From sequence record NC_048194.1: DNA of 64,000 bases; one strand, 5' to 3'. This document shows, in pieces, positions 38,236-48,324 of the stretch. Origin of the DNA: Escherichia phage vB_EcoM_WFH. The translations under genes were made by a program, and so were the position numbers. How positions within the stretch are numbered: position 1 is the stretch's first letter; every line of letters begins with the position of its first letter. A model generated the notes under the pieces. It was not told the origin of the DNA. It ran no database searches and saw nothing but the letters and a program-made list of their open reading frames with translations.

Positions 38236-38774
38236 CGCACTTCCTGTGTCTTAACATTACCTGAAGCATCTCTCAAGGGCAGTGGATAGTAGGCCATTTG
38301 GTAGTCTGATACGCCTTCAATGTGATAAAACACGATTACGTCTTTGCTGTTGATGAGCATGTTAACGACATCTGATTTATCTTCTGGAGTGAGTATTAGT
38401 GCGCCGCCTGTCCTGCTGTCTACTGCAACAGGGTATGTCTTGTCGACAAGGCCGCTGTCCAATGTATTATACCTGACAACGATTTCAGGGGCATCAACTT
38501 TTGCCATTGACATTCCGAACACAAACGACACGACCTGCCGACCGCGATCATTCATTACGCACATCTTTTCTTTGTCAAATCTTTCTTTTATTACGTCGTA
38601 TTTATTCCAGCAAAACTCAAATGACTGCCCATTGTTAAAATATCTTGTCAAAACTTTTGCACTTCCATTCGGCGGCGTAAACATATTTTCAGCCGATGCA
38701 GTCTTGGTGAAGAATATAACTGTCAGCATAGCCATGATGATGATCAAAACAATCTTTAATTTGTTCGCTTTCAT
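38232..38774 (-). CDS. Secreted / periplasmic protein of unknown function
   Basis: Signal peptide with ASA-EN cleavage-like site; no lipobox. Confidence 0.5.
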   Translation of the reverse strand: MKANKLKIVLIIIMAMLTVIFFTKTASAENMFTPPNGSAKVLTRYFNNGQSFEFCWNKYDVIKERFDKEKMCVMNDRGRQVVSFVFGMSMAKVDAPEIVVRYNTLDSGLVDKTYPVAVDSRTGGALILTPEDKSDVVNMLINSKDVIVFYHIEGVSDYQMAYYPLPLRDASGNVKTQEVR

Positions 38775-38858
38775 TATAATTCACCTTTTGATTATGAATA
38801 TTAATAGTATAGGCTTAAGGTTTTGAAAGTAAATACGCCGAAAGTAAATAAAAGAAAA

Positions 38859-38874
38859 GCCGGAAATTTCCGGC
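38859..38874 (-). terminator. Intrinsic terminator after the ligase operon
   Basis: Palindrome GCCGGAAATTTCCGGC; on the minus strand followed by TTTTCTTTTATTT. Confidence 0.55.
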
Positions 38875-38949
38875 TTTATGTATACACTGTATATTAAATT
38901 CTAGAAAACGGCGCGATAGATTATACGCAACAATTATTTATCCAGTGTG

Positions 38950-39927
38950 TTAAAAATACTCCATATCGGTAATATCACGGAAGCACTTATACAAGGCAGA
39001 GCGCGGCACGTCAACTATGCCAAAGTTAAAGAATTTATATGTCAAATACTTGTTTCGATAATTCTCGCGATTCTCCCAAAGCATTTTTCTCTCTGCCATA
39101 GGCATTGAACCAGCGGAGACGCGGAAGGGAATCATTTCACCTTTCTCATCAACATATTTTGGATTGACAACCACAAATGATCCAAGGTATCCTTTTGCAA
39201 CTAAGCCTTCAGCCTCTTTCGAACGCTTAGTGCGACCCAACTCATCAATGAATGCTTCGTTGTTATTCTCCATCATCTCAACGAAGTCTATGATCAGTCC
39301 TTCTTCATCGGTCCACGGCTTGTCCTTCCACACATCACGTGACTTTGGCGTCGCGCGGCCATGCTTGTATTTGCCCGTCCAAGACTTGCCATACAAGCCT
39401 TCATAGCCAAGCTGGTCTGCTTCGATTTGCATCGCCGCGTACTGTTCCATATTTTCGATGTTTCGATATTCGAGAGCGCGAAGGAATGGGCGTCGACCAT
39501 GGTTGATGAGGTGCTGATTGACTTCAGCAACTCTAGCGCGATAGTTTGCATAACGCTTTTCAAAAGGCAAATCAGGGTCGCTGAAGTCATCAAACACCCA
39601 CCATGTAAAGTTAGTGATTGCATCAGTGTTCATGCATGCAGTATAGGCCTGTTGCATGACGTTCTTGTCATTCGGATTACCGTCAATTAGCTCTCCATCA
39701 AGTCCGTGAATCAATTCACCCAAGAATAGGAACTCTTTTTTGATTTGAATGTTGCGCAGTGCCATGCCGGATGTGCCCATTGGCAAGTTGTCATACGCCA
39801 TCGCGCGTATTCCATCGACCTTGAAGGATAATCCGCAAGGCAGCGGCACATCTTCGCCGCGCTCGATGATTTGTTTACGCTGGCAACCTTTCATTGGTTT
39901 TAATGCTTTGATTTCTCCTGCCATCAC
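38950..39927 (-). CDS. ATP-dependent DNA ligase
   Basis: Motif I KVDGIR, motif III DGEL, motif IV VFDDF, motif V EGLI. Confidence 0.8.
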   Translation of the reverse strand: MMAGEIKALKPMKGCQRKQIIERGEDVPLPCGLSFKVDGIRAMAYDNLPMGTSGMALRNIQIKKEFLFLGELIHGLDGELIDGNPNDKNVMQQAYTACMNTDAITNFTWWVFDDFSDPDLPFEKRYANYRARVAEVNQHLINHGRRPFLRALEYRNIENMEQYAAMQIEADQLGYEGLYGKSWTGKYKHGRATPKSRDVWKDKPWTDEEGLIIDFVEMMENNNEAFIDELGRTKRSKEAEGLVAKGYLGSFVVVNPKYVDEKGEMIPFRVSAGSMPMAERKMLWENRENYRNKYLTYKFFNFGIVDVPRSALYKCFRDITDMEYF

Positions 39928-40517
39928 TCAAACTCCTTATTCATCACTTGTTCCAGCGCATAGGCATAAGCCTGATCAGTCGATTTAATAAACGTTCCGT
40001 TGTACATCACACCTTTACGGTCCTTGATGTCTTCATAGGCGGCTTGAGCGCAATCAGACAGTCGAAGTCCATAATCATGCGCTACGCCGGAAAGATAATC
40101 GACTGCGGCCATGATAGTGACATCAATATCCATGCTTTGATTTTTAGCAATGGCGTCACCAAGCCGTCCGAGAGTCTTCGCCAAGCGAAGGATAAAGGAA
40201 TGAGGGTGAGCGCCTTTGTCAGCGCAACCGCCTCCGTTGATGTCTTCGATTTTTGCACCATTTTGCGCGGCAAGAATAGTTAACACAACAAGGCAATCAC
40301 CGATGTCGTCCTTGATTGCGGCTTGCAAATCACAAATGGCCTGCTCTGTATATCCGATTTCAGGGTCAAAGAACACAAGGTCATGGAGTTGATCCACGTG
40401 GTCGGTCAACTCCCCAAACTCGCTAATAAGCTTCGGGTATTGGTCTTTAAGGCCGCAACCTTTGATGATGTTACGGTCAGAAGCCCATTGGCGAATGTTT
40501 GCATAAATCTGGTTCAT
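39924..40517 (-). CDS. mazG: MazG-like nucleoside triphosphate pyrophosphohydrolase
   Basis: All-alpha NTP-PPase pattern: EFGELTDHV and DDIGDCLVVLTILAAQNGAKIED. Confidence 0.65.
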   Translation of the reverse strand: MNQIYANIRQWASDRNIIKGCGLKDQYPKLISEFGELTDHVDQLHDLVFFDPEIGYTEQAICDLQAAIKDDIGDCLVVLTILAAQNGAKIEDINGGGCADKGAHPHSFILRLAKTLGRLGDAIAKNQSMDIDVTIMAAVDYLSGVAHDYGLRLSDCAQAAYEDIKDRKGVMYNGTFIKSTDQAYAYALEQVMNKEFE

Positions 40518-41032
40518 TTATTTTCCTTTGATGCGTTGAATTGGTCGATTTTAATTTTAGCCTGATTATAAGTATCAATCAAGCTATTAACTTTCTCTTT
40601 TAATCGGTTCGTTTCTGCGGCGAACTGAACAAGAAATCGGACATCCTCTTCTGATAGTCCACAGTTTCCTTCTGGGATAGAGAGGCGTCCAGTGGTCGCA
40701 GAGTAGGGCACACTCCTGAGTAATTCACGGGAACAGCTGAGTTGCTCGCGCAGCTTGATATTCCCAGACTTGTAACGAGCAATAGTGTCATCAGCAACCA
40801 GTTGCGCTTCCTGGCGACCCTTCTCATATGCCGATGCCGATTCAACCTGTAAAGATGCAATTTGCTCTTCGAGTGCATTTATCTTGTCCTTACGCTCATT
40901 AAGCGATGTCAGATATTGATTGTCCTTGGCCAGTGATGCGTTGGTTTGCTGAAGGTCTTCAACGTATGATCCAGCGGCGAACGCGCCAACAAGGGCCAGA
41001 ATCTTCAGTAGCGGTACAATTCTTTCTATCAT
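40514..41032 (-). CDS. Rz: i-spanin (Rz-like)
   Basis: N-terminal transmembrane segment then long periplasmic coiled coil; contains the embedded lipoprotein ORF. Confidence 0.6.
   Translation of the reverse strand: MIERIVPLLKILALVGAFAAGSYVEDLQQTNASLAKDNQYLTSLNERKDKINALEEQIASLQVESASAYEKGRQEAQLVADDTIARYKSGNIKLREQLSCSRELLRSVPYSATTGRLSIPEGNCGLSEEDVRFLVQFAAETNRLKEKVNSLIDTYNQAKIKIDQFNASKENK
40600..40827 (-). CDS. Rz1: o-spanin (Rz1-like) embedded in an alternative frame of the i-spanin gene
   Basis: MRRVARKRNWLLMTLLLVTSLGISSC: basic n-region, hydrophobic core, lipobox Cys, then Pro-rich segment; start could also be the downstream Met. Confidence 0.55.
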   Translation of the reverse strand: MRRVARKRNWLLMTLLLVTSLGISSCASNSAVPVNYSGVCPTLRPLDASLSQKETVDYQKRMSDFLFSSPQKRTD

Positions 41033-41089
41033 GATGCACCAGATAAATAAAAGGCCGCCAATCGGCAGCCTTGTTGATTTGATTGTCGA

Positions 41090-41950
41090 TTAAAACTCTT
41101 CTGCGTCGGTCGGAGTTTCATTGACAGGACCAGCGGCACCACTTGCTTCTTCCTGCTTGCTGCGGTCAATGTTAACGTTGCCGCCAACCACGTCGTTGTG
41201 GAATGCTTTGGCGACTTCGTACAGGCCTTTGTCCTGCACCAGACCTTCCAGCTCAAACTTCAGGACGGACCAGGTGTTGCCGTCTTTGGACTGAGACGCA
41301 GTACCCATGCGAACGATGTTCATGAAGGTCGGCGGCGTTTTCAGGCCCTGCGGAGTCTGAACTTTCTTCTGCTGCAGAGCGGTCATCAGCATGCGAGACG
41401 GCTTGATCATGGAAGAAGTCAGAGACAGCATTGCACTACCAAATTCACCAGTTTCTTCGTTCAACAGAATCACGAAGTGGTTACGTGTATCTGCGTAGTA
41501 AGGTGATTTCTTCTCGTGCACCTTGCCGTTTTCGTCTGGCACAAACACCTTACCGTTGATCTCAACAGCGCGGCCTGCCGCGACTTCTGCATCAACGTGC
41601 TCTTTGGTGAATTCACCTTTAAAGCCTTTATCGTCGGACTCGCGACCGCCCCAAAGGATGAAGGTGCGTTTGAATGCGCAAGGGATGATCTGCACGCCCT
41701 TCTTGCCGTCATACAATTCACCAGTAACGGTGTTGTACAGCATACCAGCTTTTGCGCCAGGAACGTGTTTTGGATCATCTTCGTCGACCATCGGAGACAT
41801 CTTTTGCAGTACGACGATAAAAGGAATGGCATAAGCGTCGGCATCGGCACCTTCAAAACCAGCGCCAAAATCGGTCATATCGACAAAATCAGCCATAGCG
41901 GACATCTGGGTGTTTTTTGCTGCAACTTCGGTAGTTTCTTTCTTAGACAT
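41090..41950 (-). CDS. Putative single-stranded DNA-binding / recombination protein
   Basis: 286 aa ending in an acidic tail that terminates in Phe (TDAEEF), a hallmark of phage SSBs; fold not verified. Confidence 0.4.
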   Translation of the reverse strand: MSKKETTEVAAKNTQMSAMADFVDMTDFGAGFEGADADAYAIPFIVVLQKMSPMVDEDDPKHVPGAKAGMLYNTVTGELYDGKKGVQIIPCAFKRTFILWGGRESDDKGFKGEFTKEHVDAEVAAGRAVEINGKVFVPDENGKVHEKKSPYYADTRNHFVILLNEETGEFGSAMLSLTSSMIKPSRMLMTALQQKKVQTPQGLKTPPTFMNIVRMGTASQSKDGNTWSVLKFELEGLVQDKGLYEVAKAFHNDVVGGNVNIDRSKQEEASGAAGPVNETPTDAEEF

Positions 41951-42009
41951 TTGGTGTTTTCCTATAGTATCAAGTTTCGTGGCAACCTGATTTCAAGATA
42001 AAGGTTAAA

Positions 42010-42567
42010 TTACTTTTTGCTTTTAGGCAAGGTTATTTTAGCTTCTTTATACTCAAAAACGCTAATATCTTCACTAACTGGATTACCCGCTTCCAGCTGT
42101 TCTTTAACAAATGACTTCAGTGTAGCAGAATGAACGCCTTGTTTCAACGTGGCTTCAACACCGTCTTCACGCAGCGCGGCAACAATCTCTTGCGCTTGCT
42201 CGATTTCTTCGCGACCGAACTCAGCCGTGACGCTGGACTTGATCAAGCCGCCGTAACCGTTGTTGACGAGCCAATCGAATACCTTCAATTCATTTTCTTT
42301 CTTGATTGAAGCATTTACTTTTGACTCGACCTTGATTTTGGTCTTGTCTTCAAGCTTGATTTCGGACACGCCAAGCTCATCCATGACGCCAGGAAGCAGA
42401 ACAGTTTTGATTTCACTGATGCGCTGCTTTTGCATATCAGCTTCATCTTCAAGCTCTGTCAAAGCTTCTTGGCGTTCTGCCAATTCCGATACTAAGCGCG
42501 CAAGGCGCTCTTGAATGCTCTCAGGAGCGACCTGCGGCAAATCATCTTCCCAATTAATATTGCTCAT
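42010..42567 (-). CDS. Hypothetical protein with N-terminal coiled coil
   Basis: 185-aa ORF in the replication module. Confidence 0.45.
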   Translation of the reverse strand: MSNINWEDDLPQVAPESIQERLARLVSELAERQEALTELEDEADMQKQRISEIKTVLLPGVMDELGVSEIKLEDKTKIKVESKVNASIKKENELKVFDWLVNNGYGGLIKSSVTAEFGREEIEQAQEIVAALREDGVEATLKQGVHSATLKSFVKEQLEAGNPVSEDISVFEYKEAKITLPKSKK

Positions 42568-42827
42568 ATTTTACCTTCTTGCATTAGCCCTTCAACACGG
42601 GTCATTTGATAACGTTCAGGTTTCCAAGCCGCCAAAGCCTTCTCAGCGCCTTTTAAAGTCTTATATGCCTTGATGCCAGGCATAATTACGGTATTCACCC
42701 CAGCACCGTTGCCATAATCAAACTCTTTTACAACGCGGAACATGCCGTCAATTTCTTTGACCAAAAGACGTTTGAACGCGATTGCGCCAGTAGCTTCATT
42801 TTTGTAACGTTCAAGGATGCGTACCAT
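42564..42827 (-). CDS. Hypothetical protein
   Basis: 87-aa ORF coupled to neighbours. Confidence 0.45.
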   Translation of the reverse strand: MVRILERYKNEATGAIAFKRLLVKEIDGMFRVVKEFDYGNGAGVNTVIMPGIKAYKTLKGAEKALAAWKPERYQMTRVEGLMQEGKI

Positions 42828-42901
42828 TTTGTATTCCTCTATTTCGTTTCGATGAAGTAATTATGACTCATCTTCCGTGACAAGTCAAATTATTTTTGAT
42901 A

Positions 42902-44425
42902 TTAATTCATCTTTTTGCCGTCGAGGATGTGATCAGCAAGCATTGACTTCATACTGAGTGAACGCTGAATTTCTTCGTCGATGGTATCAACACCAATAAA
43001 ATCAACATACAACACGCTTGATTTGGTGCCGATGCGGTGATTTCGGTCTTCGGATTGTTTGCGCAGCTCGTTGTCGTAGTTGCAAGAATAATAAATTGCC
43101 AAGTCAGCGGCGGTAAGCGTGATGCCGATGCCTGCCGCTGCAGCGTGGCAAACCAATACCTGTGTTCCACCATTCGCGACTGTGTTCTTCTGGAAGTCAT
43201 CAATTAAGAACTCGCGCTGCTCTTTGGACGTTTCACCGTTGTATACACCAGTGACCACGCCTTCAGACTCAAGCCAGTCCTTAATCTGGTTCATCTCTTC
43301 CTTAAAGATGGCCCAAACGATGAATTTGCGCTCTGGGTCGTCTTCCAGCACCCCTTCCACATAATCCTTAAAGGCCGTGAATCGTGGGTTGTCTTCCATG
43401 TAGACCATCTCATCATACACCTTAACAAAACCGGATGTCACCTGCTTCATCTTAGTGCGCGACGCGATCATCTCAAACTTGACGTTTTCTTCTTCGCCCT
43501 TGTATTCCATCAAATAGTTGTACTCATTCTTGAGTTCATCGTAAACATCGCGTTGTTTAGGCGACAACTCGAAGTCAATAAACTTGTACACCTTCTCTGG
43601 AAGGTCAGGCAAGTATTCTGCTTTTGTTGCACGAAAATAGTGCGGTTCCATCAGCCGGATAAGCTTGTCAAGGTTCTTGTACATCGGTCGGCCAAACTGG
43701 TCTTTGCGCGGCACTTGCGGAATCCCATAGCCATTGCCGCCGATTTTCTTGAGGATGGCTTGCATCTCTGGGTCGTGCGCTTCAAGCAGCACAGTGAATT
43801 CAGAGTTAAAGGCACGGAATGATTTGGTGCCGAGCAATCCTGCTTCAAGGAAGTGGTATTGCATGTAAATATCCGCAGGCGAGCGCGGCAACGGCGTGCC
43901 AGAAAGGATTCGACGGGCCTTTGCCAGCCGTCCCAATTCCACAACCTTGATGGAGCGTTTGGCTGTGTTATTCTTGATGCGCGTTGATTCGTCGATGATC
44001 ATCAGGCAGCGGTACTTCTTCAAGACCGACTCGATGTGTTGATAACCGACTGGTGTGTTGACAGTATCGATGTTGAATGAGAAGATGCGCGCAGGCACTT
44101 CGCCTTCGGGGTAGTGATCAGCAAACATCTTCTCCCAAAGCGCCTTGCCCTTTTTAGTTTTCATCTTGTCGTTGCCGCGCCAGTAGTGCCCAATCCACTT
44201 GATGGAAAGGTGCTCTGGCGCTTCACGACGAATCCAGTTTGAGTGGACACCGTTTGGAGCGATGACTACCATGGCATCGAACGCGCCAGCGTTGAAGTGC
44301 TTTTCAAACTCTGCCAAAGCGGTCCAAGTTTTACCAAGACCCTGTTCCATGAAATAGGCAAAGTATTTTCTGCGGCCTGCTTTATCAAGCGCCAGAAGCT
44401 GGTGGCGCATCCCTTGTGTTTTCAT
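42902..44425 (-). CDS. SNF2-family DNA helicase
   Basis: Walker A GLGKT, DEST box in MIIDESTRIKN, SGTPLPRS, C-terminal helicase motifs (EDRNHRIG). Confidence 0.85.
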   Translation of the reverse strand: MKTQGMRHQLLALDKAGRRKYFAYFMEQGLGKTWTALAEFEKHFNAGAFDAMVVIAPNGVHSNWIRREAPEHLSIKWIGHYWRGNDKMKTKKGKALWEKMFADHYPEGEVPARIFSFNIDTVNTPVGYQHIESVLKKYRCLMIIDESTRIKNNTAKRSIKVVELGRLAKARRILSGTPLPRSPADIYMQYHFLEAGLLGTKSFRAFNSEFTVLLEAHDPEMQAILKKIGGNGYGIPQVPRKDQFGRPMYKNLDKLIRLMEPHYFRATKAEYLPDLPEKVYKFIDFELSPKQRDVYDELKNEYNYLMEYKGEEENVKFEMIASRTKMKQVTSGFVKVYDEMVYMEDNPRFTAFKDYVEGVLEDDPERKFIVWAIFKEEMNQIKDWLESEGVVTGVYNGETSKEQREFLIDDFQKNTVANGGTQVLVCHAAAAGIGITLTAADLAIYYSCNYDNELRKQSEDRNHRIGTKSSVLYVDFIGVDTIDEEIQRSLSMKSMLADHILDGKKMN

Positions 44426-44844
44426 GACAATTCCTCTAAATACTTGATGATGTGATGAATAGTGCCCTTCACGATTATCTCACGTTGAACGTCTGCAATA
44501 TTATAACGCTTTAATTCAATCGAAGGGTGGACTAAATAAAACATCTTCTCAGAATCGACTTTAAGCAAAACAAATGATGGGTATTTCCAATCATTCCACG
44601 AAGAAAGAAAGCTGCACTGACCTTTCTCAAATGCATTTCTGAAAGGTGCAGTGGTGGCCCTTGCAGGCCACGATTCAAAGAACTTCATTTCAAGCCAAAA
44701 GCCGCGCCCTTTCCGGTTGGTGCCGATTACGTCCGGCACACCATCACCCGTCATTGATTCGATTCTTTGAAGCTTCAAGATTGATTCTGAATGCTTCTTC
44801 AAAGGCACGAATATGTATTTCTGTTCACGGTTATTTGTTGCCAT
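44422..44844 (-). CDS. VRR-NUC domain nuclease
   Basis: PD-(D/E)xK signature GVPDVIG ... FWLEMK; usual partner of SNF2 helicases in phages. Confidence 0.7.
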   Translation of the reverse strand: MATNNREQKYIFVPLKKHSESILKLQRIESMTGDGVPDVIGTNRKGRGFWLEMKFFESWPARATTAPFRNAFEKGQCSFLSSWNDWKYPSFVLLKVDSEKMFYLVHPSIELKRYNIADVQREIIVKGTIHHIIKYLEELS

Positions 44845-47728
44845 CTGGATACACCTGTTTGATCACGTCGACGATAAACATGTCAATACCTTCAAGCTTG
44901 CGGCCTTTCATCAGAAAGAATGCGCCGTTCCCGACGTTCTCTGCAATGTACTTACCGTATTTCTGGAACTTCTCTGGGCGAATCCTGAAGCGCATTGGCG
45001 AGTCGGTCGAATCGTCCTTGCACATAAGGTCAATGAACTGAGTCTCAAGCTTGTTTCCATACTGGTCAAACTCTGCGTAGCGGCCATCAGCTTGAAGACC
45101 CTTTTTAAGTTTGCCGTGCTTTGTATAAATGCCGCGCTCAAGACGTTTACGGATGCGTGTCGCTTCGTTCTCGTCAGCCAGCACTTTCTTGGTCAACTTG
45201 CCGATTACTATTGCACGCTCGTCATCGCCGACTTCCTTCATCTGGCGTATTGAAGCACCGGAAGTAACGCCAATCAGATAGGGGTCATTATACGCCCAGC
45301 CAAACTTGGTGTGCATCTCTGTAAGGTCGCCGTATTTGACTTCAGCATTGGCCAATGCATCCTTTTGTTTTTGCGTTAAGGTTCCGGCTTCACGCGCTTC
45401 GATGTACTTCATCGCCTTCACCATTCCGTACCCTTTGGCGTTCATTATGCCGCCGATTAGCTTTCCGTTAGCGATGGTCCAGTTCATTGAAGAGTGATCA
45501 GGGTCGATTGGCACATAATCCACGCCTTCCTTTGCAAGTTCACGTAATATCGCAATCGTCTGGTCTTCGTCCTTAGCAGCGCGTAAGCAAGCAGCGGCAA
45601 ATTCCAACGGGTAGTGTCGTTTAAGCCACAAGGTCCAGTAAGTCACGACCGCGTATGACACGGAGTGTGACTTGTTAAAGCCCCATGACCCGAACGTCGC
45701 CATCGCCTGCCAAAGCTTTCTTGCATCCGCTTCCGGTACGCCGTTATTTATTGCGCCTGCAACGAAGTCTTCGCCAAGCTTGTTAAAGTATTCCTCACCC
45801 TTACGACCTGACATCGCCTTACGCACAGCTGACGTTTTCGCCCAGTCGAATGAACCAATCTCTTTAACCACGGCCATGATTTGCTCTTGGTAAAGAAACA
45901 CGCCATAAGTCTCTTTTAAGTACGGCTCAAGCTGCGGCACGTCGTACTCAATCGGCGCACGTCCTGCCGCGCGTTCAATGTATTTCTGGGCCATACCGGA
46001 CGACAACGGGCCAGGTCGGCCAAGTGCTGTCAGGTTATCGATTTTGTTAAAGTTATCAACGTGCACAAAGTTGGTCACTGAGCGTACAGCGTCGCCTTCA
46101 AACTGGAAGATGCCTGACATCTTGTTTTCGTTAAGGATGTCAAGGACGCTTTGGTCATCAAGCTTGATTCCGTACAGCGTTTCAGCATCTATCACGCCAG
46201 TATCAGAAATGATTCCGAGGGTGCGAAGACCCAATGCATCAAGCTTCAAAAGGTTAAGGTATTCGCTGTCAGGCTTATCAATTTGTGCAATCCCTTCCGC
46301 CGTTACCGTACAGTAATCAGAGATTGGGTCATTACAAACGATGATTCCCGCTGCGTGAACGCCAGTGTGGGAAGGGTGAATCTCAAGGTCACCCATGCAT
46401 CGCGCGGCATCGGGATATTTAGCCACAAACTCTTGGCCCGTGGTCGTTGTTGCAAAGGTGTCCTCCAGGCCGTGGCCATAACGGGCGTCACCGGATGAGT
46501 ATTCAAGCAATGCGTTTTTAATGTTGGCCGTTTCGTGATATCCAATGTTGAATTTCTTACCAACCTGAGCCATTACTGAGTTGGCCTTAAGCGTGTTGAT
46601 GTTGCCAAGTTTTGCAACGTTCATTTCGCCGTATTTTTCTTTAAGGTAATCAAAAACCATATAGCGTTTGGTATCCTCAAAGTCAATATCAATATCAGGA
46701 AGGTCTGCGCGGCTTACGTCAATGAATCGGGCAAACAGTAGCTTATACGGGATTGGGTCAACCTCCGTGATGCCGAGGCAATAACAAACCAGTGAACCAG
46801 CCGATGAGCCGCGAGCGGGTCCGACGAGCATTTTTGTTTTTGCGAATCGTACAAGGTCCGCTACCACCAGAAAGTATGAGTCGAAATCTTTCAGCTGAAT
46901 CTGGTGAATCTCTTCGTTGAATCGGTCCTCATATTCCTGAGTCCATTCTTTGATGTGACCTGCCTTAAGGCGGTACTCCATCCCCTCACGAGCAAGCTTT
47001 ACCATGTCACCAGCAAGGTGGATAATCGGTGCCTTGCGCAGCTTCAGGTCAAGCCCAACGATTCCATTTGCAATATCAACCGCATTGGCCGTTGCTTGAT
47101 TCAACTCGTCTTCGGTCAGGATTCCTTTAAGCTGTTTGCGCAAGTCTTCCGCGTCAACGATGCAGTGCGGCTTAACCGTGTCTCGAACTTCCCATGCATA
47201 AGCAAAGTCAACGTGCTCAGGTGAAGGCATGTGGTTGTATCCGGTTAAAACCAGCGGCCTTCCGTTGCTGCGGTGAGCCAATACCTGGCGCTTGGCCAAA
47301 AGGAACGATGATGGGTTGACGTCTATATAATCATAGTCCTCTGGCCGCAGCAGCTCCACGGCCCCGCCACAGAATTTAACGACGCCATCGAGCGCCCCGA
47401 ACTCTGCACGGGTCAGTCCGCCGCGCTGTGTTGCAAGCGTGGTCGCGTTGTAAAAGGATTTCAGGTCAAGCGCCAATATCCAAGCCTTCGGTTTGAATCC
47501 CTTTTTCGGGTCCGCATCAGGGTCAATGATTGGAATCTCCATACCGAACATAGGCTTGATATCATTCTTCTGACATTCCTTTTCCCATCGAACGTGACCC
47601 CATGTATTGTTATCAACTAATGCCGCGACTTCGCAGCCCAACTCTTTGAGCCGTGCTATAATTTCAGGATGCCGTCCATATACTTCTTTGAACGTGTAAC
47701 CGCTGCGAACTCTCAATTGTGGAAACAT
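44831..47728 (-). CDS. dnaE: DNA polymerase III alpha-type (DnaE-like) replicase
   Basis: N-terminal PHP domain; polymerase signature GPARGSSAGSLVCYCLGITEVDP; 965 aa. Confidence 0.9.
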   Translation of the reverse strand: MFPQLRVRSGYTFKEVYGRHPEIIARLKELGCEVAALVDNNTWGHVRWEKECQKNDIKPMFGMEIPIIDPDADPKKGFKPKAWILALDLKSFYNATTLATQRGGLTRAEFGALDGVVKFCGGAVELLRPEDYDYIDVNPSSFLLAKRQVLAHRSNGRPLVLTGYNHMPSPEHVDFAYAWEVRDTVKPHCIVDAEDLRKQLKGILTEDELNQATANAVDIANGIVGLDLKLRKAPIIHLAGDMVKLAREGMEYRLKAGHIKEWTQEYEDRFNEEIHQIQLKDFDSYFLVVADLVRFAKTKMLVGPARGSSAGSLVCYCLGITEVDPIPYKLLFARFIDVSRADLPDIDIDFEDTKRYMVFDYLKEKYGEMNVAKLGNINTLKANSVMAQVGKKFNIGYHETANIKNALLEYSSGDARYGHGLEDTFATTTTGQEFVAKYPDAARCMGDLEIHPSHTGVHAAGIIVCNDPISDYCTVTAEGIAQIDKPDSEYLNLLKLDALGLRTLGIISDTGVIDAETLYGIKLDDQSVLDILNENKMSGIFQFEGDAVRSVTNFVHVDNFNKIDNLTALGRPGPLSSGMAQKYIERAAGRAPIEYDVPQLEPYLKETYGVFLYQEQIMAVVKEIGSFDWAKTSAVRKAMSGRKGEEYFNKLGEDFVAGAINNGVPEADARKLWQAMATFGSWGFNKSHSVSYAVVTYWTLWLKRHYPLEFAAACLRAAKDEDQTIAILRELAKEGVDYVPIDPDHSSMNWTIANGKLIGGIMNAKGYGMVKAMKYIEAREAGTLTQKQKDALANAEVKYGDLTEMHTKFGWAYNDPYLIGVTSGASIRQMKEVGDDERAIVIGKLTKKVLADENEATRIRKRLERGIYTKHGKLKKGLQADGRYAEFDQYGNKLETQFIDLMCKDDSTDSPMRFRIRPEKFQKYGKYIAENVGNGAFFLMKGRKLEGIDMFIVDVIKQVYPDGNK

Positions 47729-48270
47729 TATTTACTCCAGATGTCATATACGCCAATTTGTTGGCAGACTTTGTGCAGTAATATTACGTCGTCTAATGCA
47801 CGGTGTTTCTGTTCATATTTTCCGAAATATAATTCATACAGCTCTTGAAGCTTAACTCTTCGGCCAAAAATAGGCAAGGTTTGCTCGACTGTACAAATGT
47901 TTATTTCTGGAAAATTAACATCACCAAGTGTAAGACCTTCGCGCTGTAGTGCATAATCAAGAATGTTCTTATCGAACGCATGGTTGTGCGCGATAGTTGC
48001 ATCAGTCTTCTTGAAGATTTCTTTTAGCTGCGGAACGAAATTGATGAATGGTGGATTGCACTCAAGGTCTTCATTTGTTAATCCGGTAATCTTTGTGATG
48101 ATTTCTTCAATCACAATTTCAGGATTAATTATGAACTCGAAAGTTTCAAGAATCTCTTTTCCATCCGTCAACAGGCCTGCAAATTCAATAGGGCGCGGCT
48201 GCATCCCAAGCGGCGCTTTCGGGTGCACGGTTAATCCGGTTGTTTCGAAGTCATAAGGGAGAAATAACAC
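47728..48270 (-). CDS. dnaQ: DnaQ-like 3'-5' proofreading exonuclease (DEDDh)
   Basis: Exo I YDFETTGL, Exo II HNHAFDKNIL, Exo III HRALDDV; stop overlaps the dnaE start (TAATG). Confidence 0.85.
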   Translation of the reverse strand: MLFLPYDFETTGLTVHPKAPLGMQPRPIEFAGLLTDGKEILETFEFIINPEIVIEEIITKITGLTNEDLECNPPFINFVPQLKEIFKKTDATIAHNHAFDKNILDYALQREGLTLGDVNFPEINICTVEQTLPIFGRRVKLQELYELYFGKYEQKHRALDDVILLHKVCQQIGVYDIWSK

Positions 48271-48324
48271 ATTAGCCTCCTACAAAAAGGCCGCCCATTA
48301 GGACGGCCACAGATTCACGATTCG

